Virus record (IMG/VR): IMGVR_UViG_3300028886_000029
Coordinates: 46,007 to 110,006 of that record
Source: a virus
Taxonomy: Duplodnaviria > Heunggongvirae > Uroviricota > Caudoviricetes
DNA length: 64,000 nucleotides
Direction: 5' to 3' (one strand)
Shown: positions 45,352 to 54,974 of the stretch, piece after piece
Position numbering within the stretch: the stretch's first letter is position 1
Layout of the letters: every line of letters begins with the position of its first letter
Notes under the pieces: model-generated
What the model was told of the DNA's origin: nothing
What the model saw: the letters and a program-made list of their open reading frames with translations, nothing else
Databases searched by the model: none
Made by a program: the position numbers and the translations under genes

Positions 45352-46215
45352 TTAGACTTTAACAAAACTAAGTGCCCTATGCAACTTTTTAGTCACATCA
45401 TTAATAACTTGCCTAATCCTTTCCGATGTCAGTCCAAGTTCCTCACCGATTTCATAGTTATTATACTCTTTGTCATAACCAATGCCAAAGTACATTTTGA
45501 CTATTGTTCTATCTCTTTCATTAAGCATGGACAACAATTTGCTGACAAGTGTTTTGGTATATTCCTTGTCAATTGTCTCCTCATACTCATTATAACTTGC
45601 GGTTTTGTCAGTAAATGCTTTAGTGTCTTCCAAAGTGTTCTGGTCTTCGTCAATGTACTCATTAACTGACTCAGTTGTGATGTCAAACACATCACTCTGT
45701 TTGAGTATTGTGATGTCAAAATCTTTTTTCAACATATCAATTATCTCATCTTCGGTTGGATACCTGCCATTAAGACCAAAATACTTGTTTTTAACCTTGG
45801 TCATTTTGTTACCCAATTTAATGTTGTTTGTTCTTCTGACAAACATATTGGTGTTCATTATGTAATACTGAATACTTCTCCTGATGTACCAAACAGCATA
45901 TGACAAAAACCTTGTTCCCTTAGTAGTATCATATTTGTCAATATCATTTATGACTGACATAAGACCGAGGTTACCCTCGTCAATTAAATCCATGATGTTA
46001 TCGTTGTTGGCATACCTTTTCGCAATAGCCACAACAAATCTCTGATTACTGTTTATGAGTTTTTCTTTCGCCTCATTGTCCCCATTTTTTATTTTAAGTA
46101 TAAGGTCATACTCCTCCTCCGCTGAAAGTACGGGATATTTATTGATTTCCCTAAAATACCTTGCAAGTGTGTCACTCCTCTCAATAAGATTCCCTTTAAT
46201 AGTCTTAATGTCCAT
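45352..46215 (-). CDS. Sigma-70-family RNA polymerase sigma factor
   Basis: Region 2 (LINSNQRFVVAIAKRY...DLIDEGNLGLMSVINDID...FLSYAVWYIRRSI) and region 4 HTH (ERDRTIVKMYFGI...EIGEELGLTSERIRQV). Confidence 0.75.
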   Translation of the reverse strand: MDIKTIKGNLIERSDTLARYFREINKYPVLSAEEEYDLILKIKNGDNEAKEKLINSNQRFVVAIAKRYANNDNIMDLIDEGNLGLMSVINDIDKYDTTKGTRFLSYAVWYIRRSIQYYIMNTNMFVRRTNNIKLGNKMTKVKNKYFGLNGRYPTEDEIIDMLKKDFDITILKQSDVFDITTESVNEYIDEDQNTLEDTKAFTDKTASYNEYEETIDKEYTKTLVSKLLSMLNERDRTIVKMYFGIGYDKEYNNYEIGEELGLTSERIRQVINDVTKKLHRALSFVKV

Positions 46216-46233
46216 ATATAAAAATTTAAAAAA

Positions 46234-46593
46234 TTATTTACTTAAATTAAACAAAATTTTGCCATAAGAGGTTTGGCCTTCTCTGATGTAATTTCCATCT
46301 ATATTATATAAAATTTTACCATAAGGGTTTTGACCCTTTCTAATATATTTTCCATCTATATTATATAAAATTTTACCGTAAGAAGTCTGTCCCTCTCTAA
46401 TATATTTTCCGTCTATATTATACTCTATTTTTCCCCAAATTGTTTCACCTTTTCTAATAAAATTACGGTCAATCGTATAAACAATTTTACCATAAGGATT
46501 TTGACTTTCCCTTATCCAATGATAATTATTAGGGAAAAATAGAGATATAACAATTAAACTACCGCAAAAACTATACCAGCGCATCAAACTCAT
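46234..46593 (-). CDS. Secreted/membrane-anchored protein made of ~19-aa tandem repeats (YGKILYNIDGKYIREGQTS), MORN-like
   Basis: Hydrophobic N-terminus followed by 5 tandem repeats; the underlying DNA has ~57-bp tandem repeats. Confidence 0.5.
   Translation of the reverse strand: MSLMRWYSFCGSLIVISLFFPNNYHWIRESQNPYGKIVYTIDRNFIRKGETIWGKIEYNIDGKYIREGQTSYGKILYNIDGKYIRKGQNPYGKILYNIDGNYIREGQTSYGKILFNLSK
46254..46538. repeat. About 5 tandem copies of a 57-bp repeat (TTTTACCATAAGGGTTTTGACCCTTTCTAATATATTTTCCATCTATATTATATAAAA-like)
   Basis: Direct inspection; the copies diverge toward the 3' end of the block. Confidence 0.6.
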
Positions 46594-46870
46594 CCAAAAC
46601 TTTTTGCTTGTCTATTGACCACCTCTTACATTTTTTTGTGATGTCTTTCAGCGCAAGTGGTTTAAGTTCAACATTTTCTATTGCATAACCAGGTGGAACA
46701 TTCGCTTTAAGTTTTTCAACAGCATCACTTAAATTCTGTTCGTTAGCACAGAAATGTTCACCTTCACTTGTGCAATCACATGAAATACAGTTAATACACA
46801 TTTTCTTCAAATGGGATTCAGCATTAGGGCATTTTCCCTCAATTTTTTCACTTCCACAAATTTCACTCAT
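46571..46870 (-). CDS. Cys-rich small protein (possible zinc-binding)
   Basis: CPNAESHLKKMCINCISCDC...EHFC cysteine cluster. Confidence 0.4.
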   Translation of the reverse strand: MSEICGSEKIEGKCPNAESHLKKMCINCISCDCTSEGEHFCANEQNLSDAVEKLKANVPPGYAIENVELKPLALKDITKKCKRWSIDKQKVLDEFDALV

Positions 46871-47282
46871 GTTTATCTTCTTTTATTAAATTATTAAAAT
46901 CAAACTTTATTGGTTCTGTCTCAGCGATTTCTTTAACATACATCTCTTTTACCAATACTCTATTTAGTCCTTTTTGTTCTTGTGTTATCCTTCTGTTGAT
47001 ATTATCAACATGTTTTTTAATATCAAACAAAATGTCTCCCTTTTCGTCTTTTTCCTTGTCATATGTTTGAATCAGATATTCCACTTTTTTATATTCTAAC
47101 CTAAAAGATGTTAGTTCCGAATTATTATTGGTCAAACCATTAATTGTAAAACCAAAAACGAAAAAAGAGATAATACAAAAATACATTAAAAAAGGTATAG
47201 CACCGTCATTATCTTTACACACTTTGATTAGCCCCCAAAGGCAAAACAAAGCAAAAACAATTAAAATTATCAGTAATATCAT
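46863..47282 (-). CDS. Membrane protein (two N-terminal TM helices)
   Basis: MILLIILIVFALFCLWGLI...FLMYFCIISFFVFGFTI. Confidence 0.4.
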   Translation of the reverse strand: MILLIILIVFALFCLWGLIKVCKDNDGAIPFLMYFCIISFFVFGFTINGLTNNNSELTSFRLEYKKVEYLIQTYDKEKDEKGDILFDIKKHVDNINRRITQEQKGLNRVLVKEMYVKEIAETEPIKFDFNNLIKEDKHE

Positions 47283-47283
47283 G

Positions 47284-47799
47284 TTAGTTCACCACTTTTT
47301 TCCAAGAATAACTTTTATTGTCAAACACATACTCACCTGGTGTCAAACCACCCTTATTAACATATTCCAATATTAAAGACAATATGTTTTTCATGTTGGC
47401 AACAATATAAAGATATAACTCCCACCAGTGGTCTTCCAATTCCTTGGGATATTGCTTGCCCATGGGACTTTCCTCTGTGCCTTCAATAAAATCCTCATAA
47501 TGTCCAAGAATCATAGCCACATCTTCCATGACATATGTACCACCAAAAAGGTTCCATTGGTCAACACCCCACGCATGACACTCCTTCAAATCAGATATGG
47601 TTTTCATCTTGTCCCTTGCCCTAATCAGTTGGTCTCTTAACTGACCATACTTTTTCATGTTTTCAGGTGTGGACTCAATCTCTTCTATTGAATTGGTGAT
47701 GAACTCAGTGTTAAAATTCTCACCCATGTCAAACTCATCAAATTTAATCGCCTTGATTAATTTGATATGCTCATCTGTAAGTATTAGTTTTTGTCGCAT
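47284..47799 (-). CDS. Hypothetical protein
   Basis: 171-aa ORF; N-terminus LILTDEHIKLIKAI loosely resembles the shared motif. Confidence 0.45.
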   Translation of the reverse strand: MRQKLILTDEHIKLIKAIKFDEFDMGENFNTEFITNSIEEIESTPENMKKYGQLRDQLIRARDKMKTISDLKECHAWGVDQWNLFGGTYVMEDVAMILGHYEDFIEGTEESPMGKQYPKELEDHWWELYLYIVANMKNILSLILEYVNKGGLTPGEYVFDNKSYSWKKVVN

Positions 47800-47801
47800 T
47801 G

Positions 47802-47850
47802 CTTTTATTAGTTTTTATTGTTTTAGTTTTATTAGTTTTTATTGTTATTT
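47802..47850. repeat. Tandem duplication of a ~24-bp unit (TTTTATTAGTTTTTATTGTTTTAG) immediately upstream of 47284..47799
   Basis: TTTTATTAGTTTTTATTGTTTTAGTTTTATTAGTTTTTATTGTTATTTTTAG. Confidence 0.45.
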
Positions 47851-47859
47851 TTAGTACAT

Positions 47860-48063
47860 TCAAAAATCATGACAGAAAATTTCAGAATTGTCAAAAATTA
47901 TTTCTAATTTATATATCATTGACAAACTACAATGTTCCCTTGCCATGTGTTTTTCGGTTTCAAATTGAATATTATCAATTTCTTCGGCGTTCGAACCAAT
48001 ATAAGTCAATGTTTGGTCACTATAATAAGGGTCAACTGCGGTATATTTAACTATTCTCTTCAT
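47860..48063 (-). CDS. Small hypothetical protein
   Basis: 67-aa ORF, start adjacent to the stop of the ligase gene. Confidence 0.3.
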   Translation of the reverse strand: MKRIVKYTAVDPYYSDQTLTYIGSNAEEIDNIQFETEKHMAREHCSLSMIYKLEIIFDNSEIFCHDF

Positions 48064-49655
48064 TACGCTGTCTCCTCAATATCAACTTCACCTGCATCAT
48101 GTTGTGCACATTCAACTAATCCGTAGTGGAGATTAGTTTTAACTTTAAAAGCCTCAGACTTAGGGTCATCATCAATCCTAATGACAACACCCTCTCTTGG
48201 TGCCCTCATTGACTCATATTTCTCATAGTCCTTGGTCAATTTTGAAATCACTTTCTTACTTTCGCCTTTCTTTTTGGCATTGTCAAGAACAGCCTTAGCC
48301 GCAAGTGCTTCCTTTTCATACAAATGACACATAGGCTCTTTTTGCTCCATATAGAAATTGTCATCGTTGTGCAGTCTTGTAAGGAAATTGTCGTACCACA
48401 TGTCGTCAACCACAATGTCAGGATACAAATCACAAAGTTTACCGTGGTAAAGCACTTCAAGATTAAGAACCTTGTCACTAAGTTCAGGGTGTTCGGCAAC
48501 AAGGTTTCTTGTCCACTTGTCAACATCAAGCACATTCCATTCCTTAACATTACCATTGGCATCCGTCTCAGTTATACGATAAGGCATAAACTTCCAATGT
48601 CCAACCTCACAACCATAGTCATGACGTTTCTGTATCATCTTGTCCGACCCTTCAAGATAACCTGCAATCTCACCATACACAGTCATACCCTCTGAAAGAT
48701 AAGGTGAAAAATCCCTGTTCACACAACCCCAAATATCAACACCGTAGAAATCATTACTGTCCTTACCTGTTATATATCTGTTCTTAATTACAGACCTACT
48801 TGAATAAATGTTACCATATTCAGTTGTTTTTACATTCATACCGAAAAACTTCTTAACTCTTTCAAAAAAAGTAAGTTTTTTATTAACAAGAATATTGGAC
48901 AAAATTACTGATGTTCCATGGACCTTGACTGTTATGGTAACAATATCCTCCGGTGAAAGCAATCCCTTAATATTGGTTGAATCAATACGCTGTGTGTCAT
49001 AATGATAGGTGAATTGACCTTCGACCAGTTTATCAAACCTCTTAATTTTCTTCATCCTCTTATTAAAACCTTTCTGTCCTGTATTCTGTTCAGAAGTCTT
49101 AATTGGTGGAATATACTTTTTACAAAATTCATCATCACCAATATAATTAAATGAGGTTCCAACCATTTCCTCCCAATTAACATCAGCAAGGTCAGGATTA
49201 TAGTTGACAAGTGAGTTAACACCTGCGATAAAACCGTTGGAAACACAACCCCTAAGAGTGATAATCCTTACCCTGTTCCTTTTGTTAAAGTAACCGACTT
49301 GTGACTTAATTTCCTTGTAAAGTTCGTCAGCCTCATCGGTTTTTCCGGTGTTTTTGAGGTCATTGTATTTCGCCATCATAATACCAATTTCAGGAGCGTT
49401 AGCATTTTTCTCCCATTCACCAATCTCATAAAGATTGTTGGCCGACAAAAACTTTTCAGAAAGCGCGCTTTCCACAGGTACATAAACCACAATATCATTG
49501 GTTTTCATTGTGTTACCAATAACAATGTCAGCACCGTTAACAGTGGTTCTGAGAAGTCTGTCAGCACCCTCAATAGGGAACGTTTCACCAATACGGCAAA
49601 TGGTTGCCAGATAGTTAGGATTACTACCTTCCGATATTTTAAACAAATTTTTCAT
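48063..49655 (-). CDS. ATP-dependent RNA ligase, Rnl2-like nucleotidyltransferase domain with ~230-aa N-terminal extension
   Basis: Motif I KVHGTS (compare T4 Rnl2/REL1 KIHGTN) at about aa 236; downstream FYGVDIWG (III-like), EGMTVYGEI and EGVVIRIDD (IV-like), KVKTNLHY (V, KxK). Confidence 0.55.
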   Translation of the reverse strand: MKNLFKISEGSNPNYLATICRIGETFPIEGADRLLRTTVNGADIVIGNTMKTNDIVVYVPVESALSEKFLSANNLYEIGEWEKNANAPEIGIMMAKYNDLKNTGKTDEADELYKEIKSQVGYFNKRNRVRIITLRGCVSNGFIAGVNSLVNYNPDLADVNWEEMVGTSFNYIGDDEFCKKYIPPIKTSEQNTGQKGFNKRMKKIKRFDKLVEGQFTYHYDTQRIDSTNIKGLLSPEDIVTITVKVHGTSVILSNILVNKKLTFFERVKKFFGMNVKTTEYGNIYSSRSVIKNRYITGKDSNDFYGVDIWGCVNRDFSPYLSEGMTVYGEIAGYLEGSDKMIQKRHDYGCEVGHWKFMPYRITETDANGNVKEWNVLDVDKWTRNLVAEHPELSDKVLNLEVLYHGKLCDLYPDIVVDDMWYDNFLTRLHNDDNFYMEQKEPMCHLYEKEALAAKAVLDNAKKKGESKKVISKLTKDYEKYESMRAPREGVVIRIDDDPKSEAFKVKTNLHYGLVECAQHDAGEVDIEETA

Positions 49656-49682
49656 GTTTTATATTTTTTGCTGTTTTTATTT

Positions 49683-49697
49683 ACAAAAAACATGCCA
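49683..49697 (-). promoter_or_regulatory. Sigma-54-like motif TTGGCATG-TTTT-TTGTA upstream of the RNA ligase gene
   Basis: Minus strand: CCTTTGGCATGTTTTTTGTAAATAAAAACAGCAAAAAATATAAAAATG. Confidence 0.4.
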
Positions 49698-49806
49698 AAG
49701 GCATTTTATTTTTAGCAAAAATACAAAATAAAACTCAAAAAAACAACTATTTTATGTTCTTTTTCAAACCATTGGACTATTTATCATAGTAAAAATATAT
49801 TGTTTT

Positions 49807-50058
49807 ATGGCAAAAAAAATAATAATATCTGAATCAATGGCAAAAAGATTGGTATCTGAGGGTATCATAAATGAATCTGGTGTTGATGACATCCTTAAAA
49901 ACAGGGAATTTAAAAAAGAAGTCAAAGACATCACTCTTGATGCTGTCAAAAAAGATAAGGACATTGAAAAAGAGATTAAGAAAATTGTCGCCAAATCAGT
50001 TGAGAACCTATTCAAGACATTGTGGCAAAGAAGTCAAACTTGGAACAATAATATTTAA
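49807..50058 (+). CDS. Small hypothetical protein
   Basis: 83-aa ORF, Lys/Glu-rich. Confidence 0.35.
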   Translation: MAKKIIISESMAKRLVSEGIINESGVDDILKNREFKKEVKDITLDAVKKDKDIEKEIKKIVAKSVENLFKTLWQRSQTWNNNI

Positions 50059-50060
50059 TT

Positions 50061-51308
50061 ATGGAAAAGTTGTTAATAGAGACATATTATCCTGAGGACG
50101 AGATGACAAGATACGGTTTCATATCACATATGGAATCGTATATCAAACAACTCTTGACTGACCCCAAAACAGCCAAGGTTGACTCATATCTCACAAAACA
50201 CAACATTGATTCCCCCAAGGCGTTGTCTTTGTTACTTAAAAGAACAGACCCATCCGATGAGACAAGCGCGGTTCTTATCAGAACTGAGAAAATCAGACCT
50301 CAGAAACTGTCAGAGGAAGATATTAACAACGGCGTTAAACCCAAAGACAGATTTGTCATCAAATACAAGTTACCAAGGAAAGATTATATGAAAAAGATGA
50401 GAAACCTTTACATTAACGCTTTCGAATCACATATTATTGACGGTAACACTTTAAATGAGATGAACGCCAACACTCTTGACTCAAAAATCATAAAAAAAAC
50501 AAACAACAATAAAATTACCTATGAGTTTGGAAAAAACGGTTGGGGGTTGTCAGATGAACTTATCAAAATCGGAAAAGACATAAAGAAACTATCCAAAAAC
50601 AATAATGTTTATATTGACAAGACTAATATTGACACACTTGATGATGTCTATGATTTAACGGTGTCAACAGAACCTATAACGGAAGGAGCGTGGGGAACAG
50701 GAATATTACAAAATGACTCCGCACTTGATTACCAAAGTGCTTTTGGCATTGAAAGTCTCAAAAAAATGATGGCTGACATACAACAAGAACAGGACGCTAA
50801 TAATATTTGGGCTAAACTGGGTGTATTAATTGATTTTATTACGAAATATAAGGAAGATGAACTGATTTTTAGTGATGAGTGTAGTCAGGCAATTGATTTT
50901 GCGAAAGAACAGTTAAAAGGATTGTACCACAACAATGACTGGTTGAATCAATGGGATAACAAAAAAGAAATGAAGTCAACTTTGAAAAAAGCGTTCAATG
51001 ATTTGTCTGATATTAAATATAAAAAAGACATTATGCCCGTACAACAAGAGGACATGATGACAGAAGAGGATGGTGGTGGTGCCACATCCGCTGATGCCTC
51101 AGGTGCTTTTGTACAACCTCTCTTTGGTAAACCCATAAAAAGAAAAACGGTTTATTTAACGCAAGAGCAAGTTGACAAACTGAAAGAAGCGGTTGAGATG
51201 GATACGGCCTTCGGTGATTTTGGATATGACGCACCGCCTCTCAAAAGGAAAAAAGACCCTGCGTATGACCATAAGAACATGATTAAAAAAAGTATTGAAA
51301 ATGAATAA
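50061..51308 (+). CDS. Hypothetical protein (415 aa)
   Basis: Long ORF with no recognisable motif. Confidence 0.5.
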   Translation: MEKLLIETYYPEDEMTRYGFISHMESYIKQLLTDPKTAKVDSYLTKHNIDSPKALSLLLKRTDPSDETSAVLIRTEKIRPQKLSEEDINNGVKPKDRFVIKYKLPRKDYMKKMRNLYINAFESHIIDGNTLNEMNANTLDSKIIKKTNNNKITYEFGKNGWGLSDELIKIGKDIKKLSKNNNVYIDKTNIDTLDDVYDLTVSTEPITEGAWGTGILQNDSALDYQSAFGIESLKKMMADIQQEQDANNIWAKLGVLIDFITKYKEDELIFSDECSQAIDFAKEQLKGLYHNNDWLNQWDNKKEMKSTLKKAFNDLSDIKYKKDIMPVQQEDMMTEEDGGGATSADASGAFVQPLFGKPIKRKTVYLTQEQVDKLKEAVEMDTAFGDFGYDAPPLKRKKDPAYDHKNMIKKSIENE

Positions 51309-51495
51309 CTATGGTGATTTTAACCCTGATGTTTTAAAAGATTTGTCGAAAATCCATGAAAAAATGGAAGAGGAAAGAAACTCAGACAAACCAGATAAGA
51401 AAAAATTGTTGGAATTGGAAATGCAACAACTTTACAGGGGAATGGAACTAAATAGCGGAACATATAATAATTGGAGAAGAAATATACCTTGGTAA
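51295..51495 (+). CDS. Small hypothetical protein
   Basis: 66-aa ORF overlapping its neighbours. Confidence 0.3.
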   Translation: MKMNNYGDFNPDVLKDLSKIHEKMEEERNSDKPDKKKLLELEMQQLYRGMELNSGTYNNWRRNIPW

Positions 51496-51947
51496 AAATG
51501 AAACTGACAGTTGAAGACATACAATATATGGTTAACGAATCTGTTAAGAAGATTCTTAAGGAACTAAGAAAACCCATTTACAGAAGATTACCCAACGGTG
51601 ATTATGACTATGACGGTGACGAATGGGACGATGAGGAGGAAGAAGAAAACCCTGTTGATGAGAGACAGAGAAGGATTGAGAACGAAGAATTTGATTCATA
51701 TGTCGTCATCAATGACTCTGATGGCTCTTTGATTGGGTCTTTCAGTGTTGATACAGTAACGGATTTGGACAAACAAAGACAAACATCAAGCGATGCTGAA
51801 GACTTGGCAATAGAAGCCGCAGCCAAAGACAAATACGGCACATACAGTGTGTTCGGAACAATAGATGGTAAATATGATGATGACACATTGGTGTTAACAT
51901 ATAATCACCAGGAAGCGGTAAATTACCTTAATAGCGAAAATAACTAA
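51471..51947 (+). CDS. Hypothetical protein with shared N-terminal motif (LTVEDIQYMVNESVKKILKELRK; the true start may be ATG 51498) and a poly-acidic tract
   Basis: Motif family member; DYDGDEWDDEEEEENPVDE acidic run. Confidence 0.45.
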   Translation: MEKKYTLVKMKLTVEDIQYMVNESVKKILKELRKPIYRRLPNGDYDYDGDEWDDEEEEENPVDERQRRIENEEFDSYVVINDSDGSLIGSFSVDTVTDLDKQRQTSSDAEDLAIEAAAKDKYGTYSVFGTIDGKYDDDTLVLTYNHQEAVNYLNSENN

Positions 51948-51962
51948 TAAAAATGTAATAAA

Positions 51963-52847
51963 ATGGAAATGACTTATACTAAAAGTGAGATGAATAAACT
52001 TATCAGGGAAAGTTCAAACGAGTTCAAGGCAAAACTTGGACAAGGTGTTGAAGAAAAAGATAAGGAAATCAACGGTAAGGCTTACAAAGAGTCAGAAAAG
52101 AGAGCCAAGGACTTTGACGGTGGTTTGGCTGATGAGGTTTTGGAAAAGAAACCGAAATACGAAAAACAGGATGAGAACAAGACCACTTTGGACTATGAAC
52201 CTGAAAATGTCACGCCTGAGTACAAAAAAAGAGTACACGCGCAAGTTAAAGGTTATACATCTGAACAGGAAATGAACAACGGTCTTGAAAAATCCAATGA
52301 CTACTCTGACGGTGAGAACATTTATCAGGGTCTTAAAAAATCAGGTGAGGAAATGCAGAAAAACATGAAAGACTTCAGAAAATCAGGTTTACAGGCAAGA
52401 GAACTTCCTGATGAGACATTTGATAGGGACAACATGTACGAAAGTAAAGAGGGTTTTAACATGAGACAGATGATGAACCACCTTAAATCAATTGAGGTGG
52501 AGGCTAACAAGCCAATAAATGAGAACATCAAAACCGTCTTCTATAAAAGGACAAAATTTATCACCGAAAACCATATGATTGACAAAATTCCTGATGACTT
52601 TAAAGTTAATGGCCTTAAGTTCAAAATGAAGGATATGGACGGTAACATATATCTTGTTGAGTGGAAAAACAACAAAGCGAATGTCCTTCTGCATGAAAAC
52701 AAGACACAGACAAACAATGAGTTCAACAGAATGAAAGAACTTATGTCTTATCAGGTGAAAGACACAAAAACAAGTGTTTCTGGAAGATTAAACGAAAATG
52801 ATGAGAAATTCCAAGAAACTTTAAATAAAATTAGAAAACTGATGTAA
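51963..52847 (+). CDS. Hypothetical protein (294 aa), Lys/Glu-rich
   Basis: N-terminus TKSEMNKLIRESSNEF weakly similar to the shared motif. Confidence 0.45.
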   Translation: MEMTYTKSEMNKLIRESSNEFKAKLGQGVEEKDKEINGKAYKESEKRAKDFDGGLADEVLEKKPKYEKQDENKTTLDYEPENVTPEYKKRVHAQVKGYTSEQEMNNGLEKSNDYSDGENIYQGLKKSGEEMQKNMKDFRKSGLQARELPDETFDRDNMYESKEGFNMRQMMNHLKSIEVEANKPINENIKTVFYKRTKFITENHMIDKIPDDFKVNGLKFKMKDMDGNIYLVEWKNNKANVLLHENKTQTNNEFNRMKELMSYQVKDTKTSVSGRLNENDEKFQETLNKIRKLM

Positions 52848-52848
52848 T

Positions 52849-53085
52849 ATGAAGAGATTTTTTAAATTTTTGGTTGGTTTTTTTAAAGGTATCGGTTGGA
52901 AAAAGTTTTTGAGAAACCTTTTAATCTGTGTGGCGACACTTGGCATTATTTTCACGTTGTTTTTCTTGGTGGGTATGCTTATAAGTGCTAAACCTGTTTT
53001 GGGCATAATAGTGTTGGTAGCCCTTATTTTAACAATAATTGGTATACAAGCATTAATAGTTAAGAAATATGGAAGAGATTTATAA
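52849..53085 (+). CDS. Small two-TM membrane protein
   Basis: LLICVATLGIIFTLFFLVGMLI and VLGIIVLVALILTIIGIQALIV hydrophobic segments. Confidence 0.35.
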   Translation: MKRFFKFLVGFFKGIGWKKFLRNLLICVATLGIIFTLFFLVGMLISAKPVLGIIVLVALILTIIGIQALIVKKYGRDL

Positions 53086-53785
53086 CAAAATGAAAACCAC
53101 CAATGAGCAAATGGACGAGCAAATTGGTAACATGAGAAGCTTCAGGGGTTTTATTGACAAACATGGTTTGAAAGGCACATTCTCAACATTACTCATAATG
53201 TTTGTGGCCGCTTGTATAGGTTTTTTCGTTCTTAATCCTGGCGTTGTTTTTGAGAAATTCCAAGAGTACAATATCGAAAAACACGAGGAAGGAATAAAAC
53301 AAAGATTGGAGGCAGACCCACATATACGTGTTCTTCTTGCTGATTTCAGGACATCAGTCAACGCTGACAGGGCATATATTCTTGAGGCACACAATGGTGG
53401 CACAAACCTTAACAATCTTCCGTTTTTATATGCAGACCTTACTTATATGGACCCAAGAAACAGATATGACTATATTGAGTCCGAATATAAGAATTTCAGA
53501 CTATCAAGATACCCATGGGCATCATATGTCATAGAACACGGTTATTGGTTCGGTCCTATTGAGGACTGTATGGAAAGTGACCCTGAACTGTATTACAGGC
53601 TTAAAAATGAGGATGTCGCCTACATGGGTATGTTTGTCATGCATGGTAAAAACGGTTTGCCAACCGCTTGTTTGGGTGTGATTTTCAAAACCAATGAAGA
53701 TGGGATAACACCAACATCAAGGGATGTTATCAAACAAATGCAAATCTACGCGTCACAAATAAATGTTTATTTAATGGGTAACTAG
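53069..53785 (+). CDS. Hypothetical membrane-anchored protein
   Basis: One N-terminal TM (LLIMFVAACIGFFVL) then a 200-aa soluble domain. Confidence 0.45.
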   Translation: MEEIYNKMKTTNEQMDEQIGNMRSFRGFIDKHGLKGTFSTLLIMFVAACIGFFVLNPGVVFEKFQEYNIEKHEEGIKQRLEADPHIRVLLADFRTSVNADRAYILEAHNGGTNLNNLPFLYADLTYMDPRNRYDYIESEYKNFRLSRYPWASYVIEHGYWFGPIEDCMESDPELYYRLKNEDVAYMGMFVMHGKNGLPTACLGVIFKTNEDGITPTSRDVIKQMQIYASQINVYLMGN

Positions 53786-53786
53786 T

Positions 53787-54497
53787 ATGGCAAAGTTCAC
53801 TGAAAACGATATACAATATATGGTAATGGAATCCGTCAAAAAAATCCTAAAAGAATCTTTAGTGAGATATTATGTGGTGGATGACGGTGGCACTTATAAT
53901 GTCTTGTCATCTGATATGTTTGACGCTAACGGCAGATATATTGAGAACAAATCCTATACCATAGACGATTTTGATATCATCAAAACAACAAACAACGAGG
54001 AAATCGCTTGGAAATATGCCGACAAATTGAACAGGGAATACCAAGAACAATACGGAAATTTCCAACCCTCTGACGGTTACTTTAATGAGTCTAAAATCAG
54101 GGTGTCTGAGTCTAAACTTAACTCGCTTATCAAGGAATGTCTCACTGAGGTGATTAATGAGGATTTCCTTAGTGGAAACCAATTTGATAACATCTCAGAT
54201 GAGGAACTTTCAAAATTCGGTGAAAACTATTATGATGTCATTGTCCCTGAGTGGGCATTAAACGCACTTGTCAACGGTGATTACAGCGGTCTTGACGATG
54301 AGGACATCGCTGATGTGAAAGCATTTGAGAGAAACTTTGTTAAAGGCGGAACTTGTGAGTTGTATAATGGACTTACAGCAGGTGACTTCTGCGTTCCAAT
54401 GGAAGGCACATCACCTTCTTTCTATGAGAAAAACGACATCAATCACAAAGGTGCCAATTGTTATAGGTTCGCTTTTATTGCTAAACAGGATAACTAG
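53787..54497 (+). CDS. Hypothetical protein with shared N-terminal motif (FTENDIQYMVMESVKKILKES)
   Basis: Motif family member. Confidence 0.45.
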   Translation: MAKFTENDIQYMVMESVKKILKESLVRYYVVDDGGTYNVLSSDMFDANGRYIENKSYTIDDFDIIKTTNNEEIAWKYADKLNREYQEQYGNFQPSDGYFNESKIRVSESKLNSLIKECLTEVINEDFLSGNQFDNISDEELSKFGENYYDVIVPEWALNALVNGDYSGLDDEDIADVKAFERNFVKGGTCELYNGLTAGDFCVPMEGTSPSFYEKNDINHKGANCYRFAFIAKQDN

Positions 54498-54561
54498 GTG
54501 TAAACGAGTATACTGTTTTCCCCAAAATAATATATAGCATTTGTAGAGTCCCTTTTAAAAA

Positions 54562-54598
54562 TAAAGCCGTAGAATAAACATCTACGGCTTTTATTATT
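54562..54598. terminator. Terminator hairpin between convergent genes
   Basis: AAGCCGTAGAATAAACATCTACGGCTT followed by TTATTATT. Confidence 0.5.
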
Positions 54599-54612
54599 AA
54601 ATAGTAATATTT

Positions 54613-54960
54613 TTAATCAAACATAACATAGTAGTTTTTAAATCTATCAAATTCAGGTGAACCCGTTTCCCATCTTTCTTCGGAAATAACGATTTTAGCG
54701 ATTTCAAACAACTCTTCTTTGTTGTCAGAAACAATTATAACAGGATTACTTGAATTTGATATATAAGGAGCGTCAATAACACGAAATGCCCTTGATTCCC
54801 AAGAACCTGGTTCCATTGATTCATAACATTTCCAAAGTTCAAATGGTGGTTTACTAATAGGCAGTGTGACATCATTAAAAGAGTAAAATCTTACACCATA
54901 CTTACCAAAATTTTTTTCAAGATATTCTCTTGCAATTCTTCTTCTTTGTTCTTCTTTCAT
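54613..54960 (-). CDS. Hypothetical protein
   Basis: 115-aa ORF co-directional with and just downstream of the GmrSD-like gene. Confidence 0.4.
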   Translation of the reverse strand: MKEEQRRRIAREYLEKNFGKYGVRFYSFNDVTLPISKPPFELWKCYESMEPGSWESRAFRVIDAPYISNSSNPVIIVSDNKEELFEIAKIVISEERWETGSPEFDRFKNYYVMFD

Positions 54961-54974
54961 ATGCTTTATTGTTT

